From a virus (taxonomy: Duplodnaviria; Heunggongvirae; Uroviricota; Caudoviricetes), in the IMG/VR virus record IMGVR_UViG_3300033074_000580, positions 31,270-95,269 of that record: DNA of 64,000 nt; one strand, given 5' to 3'. The translations under genes and the position numbers were made by a program. Below the pieces are notes generated by a model. The model ran no database searches and was not told the DNA's origin. It worked only from the letters and a program-made list of their open reading frames with translations. The number at the start of each line of letters is the position of its first letter. Position 1 is the first letter of the stretch. This document shows, piece after piece, positions 19,310 through 29,261 of this stretch.

Positions 19310-20541
19310 TACAAATATGTAATACCAATTCTCGAACCGATAACAGGGGTTCCCAATATTGTTACTTCTTGATTACCTGTTATATCAAAACCCTGACCCT
19401 CCTCTTCAACAAGACCATTTATGTCTAATGTAACAACACTATTGATATTATTATAGGTTCTAAAAACTGGAGTTCCTCCTGAATATGTAAAATATTCTGT
19501 GGTAACTTGTATTAGTTTACCGTAATTGTCGATAATAACACTATTTCTACCTTTATAATATGAAATTACAATGGTACTACCTTCTAAAGGTGCCTCTGCA
19601 AATGTAACTTTAGATGTGTAAGCCACATGAAAATAATCCACGTCTCTTTCTTGTAAAAGACCATTTATTGTCACACTAAACAAGGTACCTATACTTTCAC
19701 CAACGCTAAATTGTGTCTGCATACCATCACCTGTAAATGACATTACAGTAATATCAATAGCTTTACTTACATATTTCTTTCTACCCGCACCTTCTTTTGC
19801 AAATTCATTCATTAAGAAAAATCTACTAATTGCCGGTTTTACTTCAAATTCTTCAGAATCAATTAAGAAACCTAACATTGTGAATGTATATTTCTGCATA
19901 TAAAATCTACGACCATCCATAGTATCTAAAGGTGTGTTATCTTCCACTCTATCCATGATGATTGGAATGTAATGACCTTTAACTTGAGTATAATCCTGTC
20001 TAGATGAGAAATTTTGAAGTACTACTTTACTGAATTTGTTTAAATCTCTAAACTTATTACAAGCAACATATACCTCATAAGTGATATCAACAGGTACAGG
20101 TTGAGGTATTTTGTATATATCAGCCCCCATTTGGGTACCGTTCCAAGTTGGTACGGATGCATAATAAAATTGATGTCTGTCAGGTATGGTTCTTTGTACC
20201 GATGGGTTTGTACCCGGTTGAACGTCTGGTTTTCTAACAATTGAAACAAATGGTAACATTGGGTTACCGTCTTCGTCTGAAAATTCCCAATTGTTTGAAA
20301 ATTCTCCCCATCTTTGTACAGTTAATATTTTCTTAATAACGGGTATTTTTTTACCGTCAGCGACAACATTAAAGTTTTTTTGGACATAATCTAAAAAACC
20401 ACCATCTAAATCGTCGTGTAAAATAGAATCAGGTAGATACGTGTCAGACTTTGTTATCTTATCTAATAACTCTTGTCTTCTTTCGGTAAGTTCTTTACCG
20501 GTATAAACCGAAATACTTGTTTTTCTTTTAGGTATTCCCAT
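19306..20541 (-). CDS. Tail completion/sheath stabilizer protein (T4 gp15-like) with C-terminal beta-repeat domains
   Basis: PQPVPVDITYEV motif; next to the neck and sheath genes; start chosen at MGIPKRK. Confidence 0.55.
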   Translation of the reverse strand: MGIPKRKTSISVYTGKELTERRQELLDKITKSDTYLPDSILHDDLDGGFLDYVQKNFNVVADGKKIPVIKKILTVQRWGEFSNNWEFSDEDGNPMLPFVSIVRKPDVQPGTNPSVQRTIPDRHQFYYASVPTWNGTQMGADIYKIPQPVPVDITYEVYVACNKFRDLNKFSKVVLQNFSSRQDYTQVKGHYIPIIMDRVEDNTPLDTMDGRRFYMQKYTFTMLGFLIDSEEFEVKPAISRFFLMNEFAKEGAGRKKYVSKAIDITVMSFTGDGMQTQFSVGESIGTLFSVTINGLLQERDVDYFHVAYTSKVTFAEAPLEGSTIVISYYKGRNSVIIDNYGKLIQVTTEYFTYSGGTPVFRTYNNINSVVTLDINGLVEEEGQGFDITGNQEVTILGTPVIGSRIGITYLY

Positions 20542-20542
20542 A

Positions 20543-21055
20543 TTAAACTCCTCTAAATTGGTTATCTTGAACAGGTGAACATAATATTGACCTGTAATAT
20601 GGTTTGTATCCAAACATATTATGTTTATTGTCCGACGTTACTCTACCGTCATTAGTTACTTGATAAAATCTTGTTCTTGTTTCAGATTCAGGGTAACCAA
20701 TGTAATCACCGTATCTAATATCTATTTTTAATTCTTCTAAATGTTTTATATAAACAGAAAGAGACATATTACCCGGCTCCAAATACCTCATCAATCCACC
20801 ATTATATGATGAATTTTTAGGTTCTTCAATTTTAACCAACGCATTAAATTCAACAGGAGGGAAAAATTTAGTTTGGTCAACTCCAACTTCAGCATATACC
20901 GAATCGGTATCAGTTTTTTCTCTATCTACACGATAAAGAACCAATTTCATGTTTAAATCCCCATGTAGATATTCTTGTCCTATTTGAATATTTAAATCAA
21001 AATCGTCCTGAGATAAGAATTTACCTAATCTGGTAATCGGTAGTTTATTGTTCAT
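20543..21055 (-). CDS. Head completion/neck protein (T4 gp14-like)
   Basis: VLYRVD...DSVYAEV...F.PPVEF motif and gene context. Confidence 0.55.
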   Translation of the reverse strand: MNNKLPITRLGKFLSQDDFDLNIQIGQEYLHGDLNMKLVLYRVDREKTDTDSVYAEVGVDQTKFFPPVEFNALVKIEEPKNSSYNGGLMRYLEPGNMSLSVYIKHLEELKIDIRYGDYIGYPESETRTRFYQVTNDGRVTSDNKHNMFGYKPYYRSILCSPVQDNQFRGV

Positions 21056-21103
21056 ATTCTAATAAATAGTTTAATGTTACATTCTAATTATTTATATTTT
21101 AAT

Positions 21104-22855
21104 ATGGAAACAAAGATTCCCGAAATTGAGGCAAGAAATATTCTGTCAACATATGAAGGTTCCAATAATCAATTATTGGAGTGGAAAAGAAAATTTACGG
21201 ACGTAAAGAATTTTAAACTTACTCGACCACAAGCTGAGTATGTTCAAAAATATCACAATATCACACCAAAGGTGGCTAGAAAATATATTGGTATAGTATC
21301 TACATTTGGTGAGAAAATTCAAGAAGATAGATTATTACCTAATGCACCACAAAAAATATGGTGTGAAAAATTGTTATGTGAATCTGACAAGGCGTATCAT
21401 ATATGGGGTAAAATATTAGAAAATGACCAACTTAGTGCAATGTGGTTACCTAAGGCGGCCATCATACAAGAAGAGAAAAAATTAAATCGTGTAATTGATT
21501 ATTCAAAATATAAAGAAAGACCACCAATGGAACATCAAAAAGTGGCCATTGAAAAATTATTAGCGAATGATAAATTTATACTTGCTGATGATATGGGTCT
21601 TGGTAAAACAACATCTGCAGTAATTGGTGCATTGGAAAGTGGTGCCAGAAAAATTTTAATCGTTTGTCCCGCATCGTTAAAAATTAACTGGCAAAGAGAA
21701 ATTTCAAATTATTCTGATAGACGTGTTTTAATTGTTGAAGGTCGTAAATGGGGGTCAACTTTTGATTTTTATATTATCAACTATGATATCATTAAGAATT
21801 ACCACACCACGGATAAAAGTGAAGATAGTGAAGATTATAAATTATTAGTTCACGCTAATTTCGATTTGGCAATTGTGGATGAGGCACATTACATTTCGAA
21901 TTCAACAGCAAATAGAACTCGTTTATTAAATGACGTACTTGAAACAATACCAAAAGTTTGGTTATTAACAGGTACCCCAATGACATCACGCCCAATAAAC
22001 TATTTTAATTTATTAAAAATTGTTGAATCTCCATTGACTTTGAATTGGCAATCATATGTTCGTAGATATTGTGCAGGTTATCAATTTAGAGTGGGACAAA
22101 GAAAAGTATGGAACACAAGTGGTGCAAGTAACTTAGATGAACTTCGTGAACGTACAAAGAATTTGGTTCTTCGTAGAATGAAAACCGATATTCTTGACTT
22201 ACCTGAAAAAATTGTAACACCAGTATTTGTTGAGTTGAATAGTAAAATGTATGATGAAGAGTTAGATGATTTTACTCGTATTAGTAATGACAATAAGGAT
22301 TCCGAAACAATTACCGTTACACTTAATCGTTTAATGAGAATTAGACAACTTATTGCATATGAAAAAATACCTTACACTTGTGAGTTAATTGATAAATGTT
22401 TGGAACAAGGTAAAAAAGTTATTGTGTTAACTAACTTCACAATGACGCTCGACATGTTACATGAAAAATATAAAAAGAATTCAGTAACACTTGATGGTCG
22501 TATGCATAAAGATAGAAGACAAGAAAATGTAGATAGATTCCAAAACGACGATAAAATTAAAGTTTTTATTGGTAATATTAAAGCTGCGGGTGTTGGTATT
22601 ACTTTAACTGCGGCTGAGGTTGTTATTATGAATGACTTATCATTTGTTCCCGCGGACCACTCACAGGGTGAGGACCGTGCATATAGATATGGACAAAAAA
22701 ATAGTGTCCTCGTTTACTATCCAGTATTTGAGAACACTATTGAAAAAGTTATTTATAATATTTTACAAAAGAAGAAAGGTGTAATTGACCAAGTTATGGG
22801 TGATGGCGAATATTCCGAATCGTTCAGTAGAGATTTAATTAAGAGTCTCCTTTAA
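21104..22855 (+). CDS. SNF2-family (SMARCAL1/HARP-like) helicase
   Basis: LADDMGLGKT, IVDEAH, LTGTP, GVGITLTAA and QGEDRAYRYGQ motifs; start chosen at METKIP. Confidence 0.9.
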   Translation: METKIPEIEARNILSTYEGSNNQLLEWKRKFTDVKNFKLTRPQAEYVQKYHNITPKVARKYIGIVSTFGEKIQEDRLLPNAPQKIWCEKLLCESDKAYHIWGKILENDQLSAMWLPKAAIIQEEKKLNRVIDYSKYKERPPMEHQKVAIEKLLANDKFILADDMGLGKTTSAVIGALESGARKILIVCPASLKINWQREISNYSDRRVLIVEGRKWGSTFDFYIINYDIIKNYHTTDKSEDSEDYKLLVHANFDLAIVDEAHYISNSTANRTRLLNDVLETIPKVWLLTGTPMTSRPINYFNLLKIVESPLTLNWQSYVRRYCAGYQFRVGQRKVWNTSGASNLDELRERTKNLVLRRMKTDILDLPEKIVTPVFVELNSKMYDEELDDFTRISNDNKDSETITVTLNRLMRIRQLIAYEKIPYTCELIDKCLEQGKKVIVLTNFTMTLDMLHEKYKKNSVTLDGRMHKDRRQENVDRFQNDDKIKVFIGNIKAAGVGITLTAAEVVIMNDLSFVPADHSQGEDRAYRYGQKNSVLVYYPVFENTIEKVIYNILQKKKGVIDQVMGDGEYSESFSRDLIKSLL

Positions 22856-23042
22856 TGGAAATAATTAAGTCTCTTATTGACGTGTCCAAATTCTTATCAC
22901 TAACATCACCGATTAAAACATTAACTTTTTTATTCATTAAATCTAACGATAAAACATTTTCTTCTCCTTCCTTCATTTTAAATGTAAATTCAAAATCATT
23001 TTTACCACAAATTTCAAATAATTCCAATAAATTCTTATTCAT
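22839..23042 (-). CDS. Small hypothetical protein
   Basis: ORF starting MNKNLLE, overlapping the stop of the upstream gene. Confidence 0.45.
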   Translation of the reverse strand: MNKNLLELFEICGKNDFEFTFKMKEGEENVLSLDLMNKKVNVLIGDVSDKNLDTSIRDLIISIKGDS

Positions 23043-23928
23043 ATATTTTTTCTTTAAAAAGTAAATCATTATTAAATAAAACCCCATTTTCTTCGAATGT
23101 CATTTTTTCTTTATCGTTCTTAAAAATCATAATTTTCGAATCGACACATACAAACACATAATATGTGCATTTTGATTTTTTACTCATACTAACATCAACA
23201 AAATATCCATTCTCTCTTTTTTGTATATTACATGTGGATTTTATTTGGTCAGTAGTTTTTGACCCATCATTATGAATTTTCCAAACATCAACACCCTCTT
23301 TTCTGTCATTATAATCCCCCCTTCCCTCTGTTGATTTATATTCTAATAAATCTGGGAAGAAAAAATAAATATCTTTTTCATAAAATTTCTGTGCCAAATC
23401 TCCAATAGACATTGTTTTATTAAAAAGTGATATTAAATTGTCATACATTTCGGTACCGATTAAAAATATTTCATTTTTTTTGTATTTTACAATTTTTAAT
23501 ATTTTTTTTAATTTATCGATAGTTTCAGTTTCAGAATCTTCTGATTTAAAAACAATTTGTTCTTTATAGGTAAACAGAGTCCCATCAATAATGATTTCCT
23601 CAATACCCTTTTTACGATATAATCCCAATAAAAATTTATTACATCGATTGAAAATTAAAGAATGACAAGTATAATTTGTATCTGCCTGCATTAAAGGCGA
23701 CCACTCGTTGTTTATGATAACCCCAAAATCGGGTTTATCTATTTTTTTCGGATTTTGAGCCCACATACCTAAGGGTTCATATATTTCTTTTAAAATTCCC
23801 AAAATTTCCTTAGCGAGATATAATTTGATATTATCGTTCCTTTGCCATGATTTTGATATATCATCGGTTAATGAAATCTTATAAAGTGGGTCTATTTGTA
23901 GATTTCTTAATCTTTCTTGTATATTCAT
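23035..23928 (-). CDS. Hypothetical protein, possible PD-(D/E)xK nuclease-like C-terminus
   Basis: 297 aa; DRKEGVDVW...TDQIKS pattern. Confidence 0.4.
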   Translation of the reverse strand: MNIQERLRNLQIDPLYKISLTDDISKSWQRNDNIKLYLAKEILGILKEIYEPLGMWAQNPKKIDKPDFGVIINNEWSPLMQADTNYTCHSLIFNRCNKFLLGLYRKKGIEEIIIDGTLFTYKEQIVFKSEDSETETIDKLKKILKIVKYKKNEIFLIGTEMYDNLISLFNKTMSIGDLAQKFYEKDIYFFFPDLLEYKSTEGRGDYNDRKEGVDVWKIHNDGSKTTDQIKSTCNIQKRENGYFVDVSMSKKSKCTYYVFVCVDSKIMIFKNDKEKMTFEENGVLFNNDLLFKEKIYE

Positions 23929-23967
23929 AATCTAAAATATAAACTATTTATTAGAATAAAACAAATT

Positions 23968-25080
23968 ATGGCGACAATCATTTCACCTACCGAAAAAGAA
24001 AAATTATATACACAAGTTTTCCATTTATTGGGTATGCCCGTTCGTGGTATTGAATTAACAGAAGAACAAATGGATACTTTTCTTGAATTATCCTTATCTG
24101 AATATGAACAATACGTATCAGATTGGTTAATCGAATCTCAATGGTCATCTTTAGTTGGACTGGATTTAGATACTCAATCTTTAACGAGAGCGTTTACCAC
24201 AAGAAGTTTAGATTATGAAACACAATTTAGTCATTCATATTCTAAAATTGTAGGTTTACAAGCGGGTGGGGATAGTGAACTTAAAAAAGATTTCATTACA
24301 TTAACAGGAGGTACTCAAACCTATGAAATACCTGCCGGTCGTGAAATCAATGAACTTTTATGGTTTAGTAGAGCGGAATTACAAGATTCTATTGTTGACC
24401 CATTTTTAGGCGGGTTTGGAGGTCTTGGTGGTGGTGGATTTGGTGGTGTGGGTGGTTATGGTCAAATCGGTAGTTCAGGTAATTATTTTATGATGCCCGC
24501 TTTCGATTTGTTATTGAGAATGCAAGATAGAAACATTAAAAACCGTTTAATCGGTGGTGATGTTACATATAGAATTACTGCAGGTCCCGAAGGGAAGAAG
24601 TTAATCCACTTATATAACGTACCAGGAGGTAAGTTTGATTTTAACAATATTAAACGTAACTATCAAGTTTGGTATTGGTATTATGAAACAACAGATAGAG
24701 ATAGTTGTTTGGCAAAAAATAAAGACATAGTTAAATTACCGTCGGATGTTGATACTGAACAATTAACTTGGGAAGCATTAAACAAACCGGCACAAAACTG
24801 GGTTAGAAAGTATCTAATAGGTTACTCAAAAGAAGGTTTAGGTAGAATTTGGGGTAAATTTTCAGGTGATTTACAAGTTCCCGATTCCCAAGTAAAATTA
24901 GATTATAGTTCTTTACTTACTGAAGGTAAAGACGAAAGAATGAAATTGGTGGAAGAACTTATGGCGAGATTAGAAAGACTCCGCCCCGATAAACTTCTTG
25001 AAAGAAAGGGTAACGAAGCGGAGAATCTTAATAAATCGTTAAAGTATAGACCATTCCAAAATCCATACAACGTAATTTAA
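23968..25080 (+). CDS. Neck/head-tail connector protein (T4 gp13-like)
   Basis: LGMPVRGIELTEEQM; WVRKYLIGYSKEGLGRIWGKF motifs. Confidence 0.7.
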   Translation: MATIISPTEKEKLYTQVFHLLGMPVRGIELTEEQMDTFLELSLSEYEQYVSDWLIESQWSSLVGLDLDTQSLTRAFTTRSLDYETQFSHSYSKIVGLQAGGDSELKKDFITLTGGTQTYEIPAGREINELLWFSRAELQDSIVDPFLGGFGGLGGGGFGGVGGYGQIGSSGNYFMMPAFDLLLRMQDRNIKNRLIGGDVTYRITAGPEGKKLIHLYNVPGGKFDFNNIKRNYQVWYWYYETTDRDSCLAKNKDIVKLPSDVDTEQLTWEALNKPAQNWVRKYLIGYSKEGLGRIWGKFSGDLQVPDSQVKLDYSSLLTEGKDERMKLVEELMARLERLRPDKLLERKGNEAENLNKSLKYRPFQNPYNVI

Positions 25081-27974
25081 CCTTCTGTTACGTGTAATAT
25101 AAGGTCACCATTATCATTACCGATAATTTCATCCTCATTACTTGTTGTACTTTGAGCTTGTGACAATAGTACTTTTCTGTTGTGTTCAACCCAATATTGG
25201 TCGGCTAATTCTAAACTATTTTCAACATACATGAAAAATGGGTCTCTACCTATTTTATTCCAAAATACAACCTCACTATCCGATAAGGTCATTACCTCAT
25301 CAAATTTATCTTGACCACTTTCTTTTAAAGGGAATCCATTTACAAGTTCACATTGAGATTTAGTAAAGTATTGTCTATCTTTTGGGTCCTCAATTAAAAT
25401 GTCTTCACGAATTGATGGATTAAACGCCACTAATAAAGGTTCAATTCTTTTATTGAAATTATTTAAATAACGAGGAACATTATAATCACCTTTTAGGTCG
25501 GGATTATTGGTTATTTCTTTTTCGTCAATCATATAACAGTTAACCTCAATATAACCATCCGGCATTGGATAACCGTTTTTAGCTGTGAATTCTTCCTGTT
25601 GTTTTTTAGTTGGTTTGGTCACCTTTTGAACATCACCCGAAGATTTCTTTTGACCGTTGTTTACATAATATATTGTGTCACCTAAACCAGCAGGATAATC
25701 GTTTTGAATGATTAGTTCCATATGTGCTTGTCTTGACATTAAAGACCCCGATTTAGTTGTTTTCTGTATGTGTTTTTTATAATCATTAACTGATTGTTTA
25801 ACACGTGCCTTATTTGCAATTTTAGATAAAGGTATCTCCTTATTGAAAATCTTTTCAACATAATCGTAATATAATTCAACAAACGAATGTCCATCACCAT
25901 TTAAAAGATGTTTTAAACCCTCATCTAAAAACTCCACAACATATGTTTGTAATTTTTTAGATTTAATTGTGTTTCCTGTAAGTTTAATTTTTTCTTTACC
26001 CTTTTTCATCAATTTAATGATGTAATTTTTACGAGAAACATTTATACATGCCGGTGCGGTATAATCGATATCGAGACCCATTTCGTTTCGCATAAAGATA
26101 TCATTAAATTCTGCGGTATCTGCTTCAATACCCACATATTCTTTACCCTCTTTAACCAATTCATTTAACCCCTTACCAATATATCTTGATTCTTTAGCAC
26201 TTTCAGGTGCTTCAAAGTTAACACCATCTGTGTCCATTACGAGTGGTTTATAACCTTTTTTCATAAAGAACATAATCATCATGCGTAAACATTGGCGACC
26301 GATACATGTAATGGTTTCACCTGAATCCATTTCACCCCAAGGGAATACATGTGGTGCAGATAATGAACCAAAATATGCGTTAATGAAAATTTTAATTGGT
26401 AATTGTTTACGGTCATACATTTCAGATGCAACGGGGTCACTATCTTTTAATTCACCCGCAAGATGTTTATACTTAATACGAATGTTACGGAAATATTTTA
26501 ACATGGATTTCTGTACACCCATAACATCACAATCAGGAAACACATCATATACTAATTGAATAGATGGATAAAGTGACGAGTAGTCAAACTTAACAATATT
26601 CTTTGCATAACCAACATTCAATAAACGAGATAAACCACCCGTAAATGGACGTTTCTCATCCTTAGCGGGAATTGCAAGATTATTCTCATACGACCAAGCT
26701 AACATGATAATCTTCCACAATGTTGCAGTACCCATTGTTGCAATTCTTTCATAAGTGGTCGGTACCAATTTAGAAAGTAAAAACGTTGATTGAGAAAACG
26801 AATCATCAACAACCATTGTCTCATACAAGTCATCGTCAAGATACTGTTCAACAATTTTTCTACCTGGCCATATTTCAAATTTGCCGGGATATTTTTCTAA
26901 TAATCCTTCTGTACCCGGTTCACCAATTTGTTTATATCCACCTGTTTTTGGATTAACATAATAACTTTCATTACTTAAATAAATTTGTGAAATTTTTCCA
27001 CCATCTACGTAAACACGATTAGGTTTTTCTTTTTCCAAATATTTTGTAATGTATTTCAAACTCCAAGATTTAATTTCAGAGTTAATTGCTTGTGCTCTTC
27101 TAACCGAATGTGCAATATCAATAATATTAAAACCCCAAATTACATGTTGAGTATAATCTTCAATTTCATTTGCCAATTTTAATACGCCTTTCTTTTCTTT
27201 AATTCCTGTTGATGTGAATACTGAAGTTAATCCGTTTACATCTACTCCTAATATTTCTGCTCTTTTTAAAATAAACGGCCAATCGAAAAATGCAGAGTTA
27301 TATCCTGCAACAATTGTCGGTTTTAAATCTTTTATGTATTGAAAAAATTTCTCAATACATTTCTTTTCGCCGTCCTCACCAAATGCAGGTATTGTTTCTT
27401 GTAGACCGTGATTATCCTTTACTCCAATCAAAATGATTTTACAAGTTTCAGGGTCTAATCCTGTGGTCTCAATATCGAATACAAATCTATATACGTCACT
27501 ATAGTCTTCGATTCCTTTGAAAAGTCTTTTTCTTGTTTGTACCAAATATTGTTCTACTGGTGATAAGATTGTGAAATGTTTTCTAACCTCCTCACCCCAT
27601 GGGTCTAATCCACCGGATTTAAAAAAGTTTATTAGGTCGGTATAACTTTTAATACTTTTAACTAAAAACTTCTGACCTTGTTCGAGTCTTTCATTTCCTT
27701 GTGTTTCAAGTTTTTCAATAATAATACCATATTTTCCCATCATCTGTTTTTGTAGGGATTTTGAATTATTATAGAAATTTAAACCCGATAAATCACCAAC
27801 CCACAAGAATGGAGTAAATGAATCTGATTTTACAATTTTACCCTTAATTGGGTCTTGAATAATTTTGGTAATTGAATTTGTGGGGTAATCATACTCGACA
27901 CCTACGATGTACTTTTCATCGTCGCCCCCATTAAGAAAGTTTTCGATAACTTCCTGAGAGATAACTTCTTTCAT
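25077..27974 (-). CDS. DNA polymerase, family B
   Basis: Exonuclease motifs FDIETTG and GYNSAFFDWPF; polymerase motifs DYSSLYPS, KIFINAYFG and DTDG. Confidence 0.95.
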   Translation of the reverse strand: MKEVISQEVIENFLNGGDDEKYIVGVEYDYPTNSITKIIQDPIKGKIVKSDSFTPFLWVGDLSGLNFYNNSKSLQKQMMGKYGIIIEKLETQGNERLEQGQKFLVKSIKSYTDLINFFKSGGLDPWGEEVRKHFTILSPVEQYLVQTRKRLFKGIEDYSDVYRFVFDIETTGLDPETCKIILIGVKDNHGLQETIPAFGEDGEKKCIEKFFQYIKDLKPTIVAGYNSAFFDWPFILKRAEILGVDVNGLTSVFTSTGIKEKKGVLKLANEIEDYTQHVIWGFNIIDIAHSVRRAQAINSEIKSWSLKYITKYLEKEKPNRVYVDGGKISQIYLSNESYYVNPKTGGYKQIGEPGTEGLLEKYPGKFEIWPGRKIVEQYLDDDLYETMVVDDSFSQSTFLLSKLVPTTYERIATMGTATLWKIIMLAWSYENNLAIPAKDEKRPFTGGLSRLLNVGYAKNIVKFDYSSLYPSIQLVYDVFPDCDVMGVQKSMLKYFRNIRIKYKHLAGELKDSDPVASEMYDRKQLPIKIFINAYFGSLSAPHVFPWGEMDSGETITCIGRQCLRMMIMFFMKKGYKPLVMDTDGVNFEAPESAKESRYIGKGLNELVKEGKEYVGIEADTAEFNDIFMRNEMGLDIDYTAPACINVSRKNYIIKLMKKGKEKIKLTGNTIKSKKLQTYVVEFLDEGLKHLLNGDGHSFVELYYDYVEKIFNKEIPLSKIANKARVKQSVNDYKKHIQKTTKSGSLMSRQAHMELIIQNDYPAGLGDTIYYVNNGQKKSSGDVQKVTKPTKKQQEEFTAKNGYPMPDGYIEVNCYMIDEKEITNNPDLKGDYNVPRYLNNFNKRIEPLLVAFNPSIREDILIEDPKDRQYFTKSQCELVNGFPLKESGQDKFDEVMTLSDSEVVFWNKIGRDPFFMYVENSLELADQYWVEHNRKVLLSQAQSTTSNEDEIIGNDNGDLILHVTEG

Positions 27975-28049
27975 CTTATAATTTTTTTAAATGTGACGTA
28001 TTAGCTTGTGATTAAATCACAGTTTGCCTTGTTTACATTTAATTATAAG
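27975..28049 (-). promoter_or_regulatory. Structured 5' region of the DNA polymerase gene
   Basis: Nested inverted repeats CTTATAATT/AATTATAAG, TTAAATGT/ACATTTAA and TGTGATT/AATCACA, directly abutting the ATG. Confidence 0.45.
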
Positions 28050-28063
28050 AAAAAAAAGTCGTA

Positions 28064-28432
28064 TTAAAAAATATTGATGTACAATTTCTCCTTAACAGGT
28101 AAAATTAACTTGTTTGTTGGATTTCCGTCAGTATCATTAAATTGAACAATGATTTTACCTTCATACTTACCAACTTCAGATGTTTGACTTTCAGTAAATC
28201 TATATGTAATATAATATTCGTCTGTGGTTTGATTGTAATGTTTTGTTCTTGTTGTAATATTACACGTTTCGTTTAGTAAAACCGGAGTATCTGTTTGAAC
28301 ATCGAACATTTCAAATGTAATATCGGCGTTTTCCAATAAGTCATTAAATGATGATTTATCGTTTTTACCATCATCTATCATTCTCATCTTCAATATTGGG
28401 TCAGATGCCCCTTGTCTTATAAAAAATTCCAT
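28064..28432 (-). CDS. BppU-N-like virion accessory protein
   Basis: FFIRQGASDP...YRF...T.EVGKYEG.I.V.F motif. Confidence 0.5.
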   Translation of the reverse strand: MEFFIRQGASDPILKMRMIDDGKNDKSSFNDLLENADITFEMFDVQTDTPVLLNETCNITTRTKHYNQTTDEYYITYRFTESQTSEVGKYEGKIIVQFNDTDGNPTNKLILPVKEKLYINIF

Positions 28433-28444
28433 ATATCTTAAATA

Positions 28445-29248
28445 TTATGTTAATCTAATCATTACAAAACTACCACTTCTATATAACCCTTGTAATGGGA
28501 CTCCAGCGGCGGCAGCTTCAGCGTCGTCTACAAAACTTGATGTTACACTAGAAAGGATTGTAAAATTATTAACGTTTAAATCATTTTTTAATTTAACACT
28601 ACCGCTAAATTCATATGTGTATCCATTTGATACTGAACCGGTATTAAACGCAATTTGACGAGAACCACTAATCGACATTTGTGGACTTTCCCATAAATTG
28701 TTTGCAAATAACTTTAATTGTGAAGGATGATTTGTCCCACCAACTGTACCGATATACATATCTTTTCCCACATTTAAAAGATATGAATCATTATCATATC
28801 CAACTAAACCTCCAGTATATGTTGATGAGTTAATACCTAAATCGACATAATGAACATTTTCCGTACCATTATCTGCAGTTAAAACTAAGTCAGTACTTGC
28901 GTTGTTACCTGAATTTGTATTAACTATGTTTACTTGTCCATAAACATTACTATTACCTTGAAAATGAACAATATTGAAGCTATTAGAGTTTTCAACGTGT
29001 AAAACTTCAGGATTATCTTCATGAAACGACCCCGTACCCACAATTAAATTTGGTATTTTCCCGTCGATTGTTAAATTTCCTGTTATATATTGACTACCCG
29101 TAAAATGATGAGAACCACTATCCACTAATACTTGTCTTAATGACGATAGTGTTTGTTGAAACGTTGTTCCGGAATATGAAACCGCAGTTACACCGGTTAA
29201 ACTTGGTATAGAACCACTGGTTAATTGAGAGATTTTTTTACTTGCCAT
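28445..29248 (-). CDS. Tail fibre/virion beta-strand protein
   Basis: MASKKISQL N-terminus, ASTDLVLTADNG..HYVDLGINSS core, DDAEAAAAGVPLQGLYR C-terminus. Confidence 0.6.
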   Translation of the reverse strand: MASKKISQLTSGSIPSLTGVTAVSYSGTTFQQTLSSLRQVLVDSGSHHFTGSQYITGNLTIDGKIPNLIVGTGSFHEDNPEVLHVENSNSFNIVHFQGNSNVYGQVNIVNTNSGNNASTDLVLTADNGTENVHYVDLGINSSTYTGGLVGYDNDSYLLNVGKDMYIGTVGGTNHPSQLKLFANNLWESPQMSISGSRQIAFNTGSVSNGYTYEFSGSVKLKNDLNVNNFTILSSVTSSFVDDAEAAAAGVPLQGLYRSGSFVMIRLT

Positions 29249-29261
29249 TTAGATAAATAGT

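Noticed and set aside
24409-24480. GGT-rich repeat
   Set aside because: Encodes a Gly-rich loop of the neck protein; simple coding low complexity.
25077-27974. Intein or intron in the polymerase (also checked terminase, helicase and capsid genes)
   Set aside because: ORFs are continuous, motif spacing is ordinary, and no intein or homing-endonuclease signatures were seen.
28007-28021. CRP site (TGTGA...TCACA)
   Set aside because: The spacer is 5 nt rather than 6; it is better explained as part of a nested hairpin.
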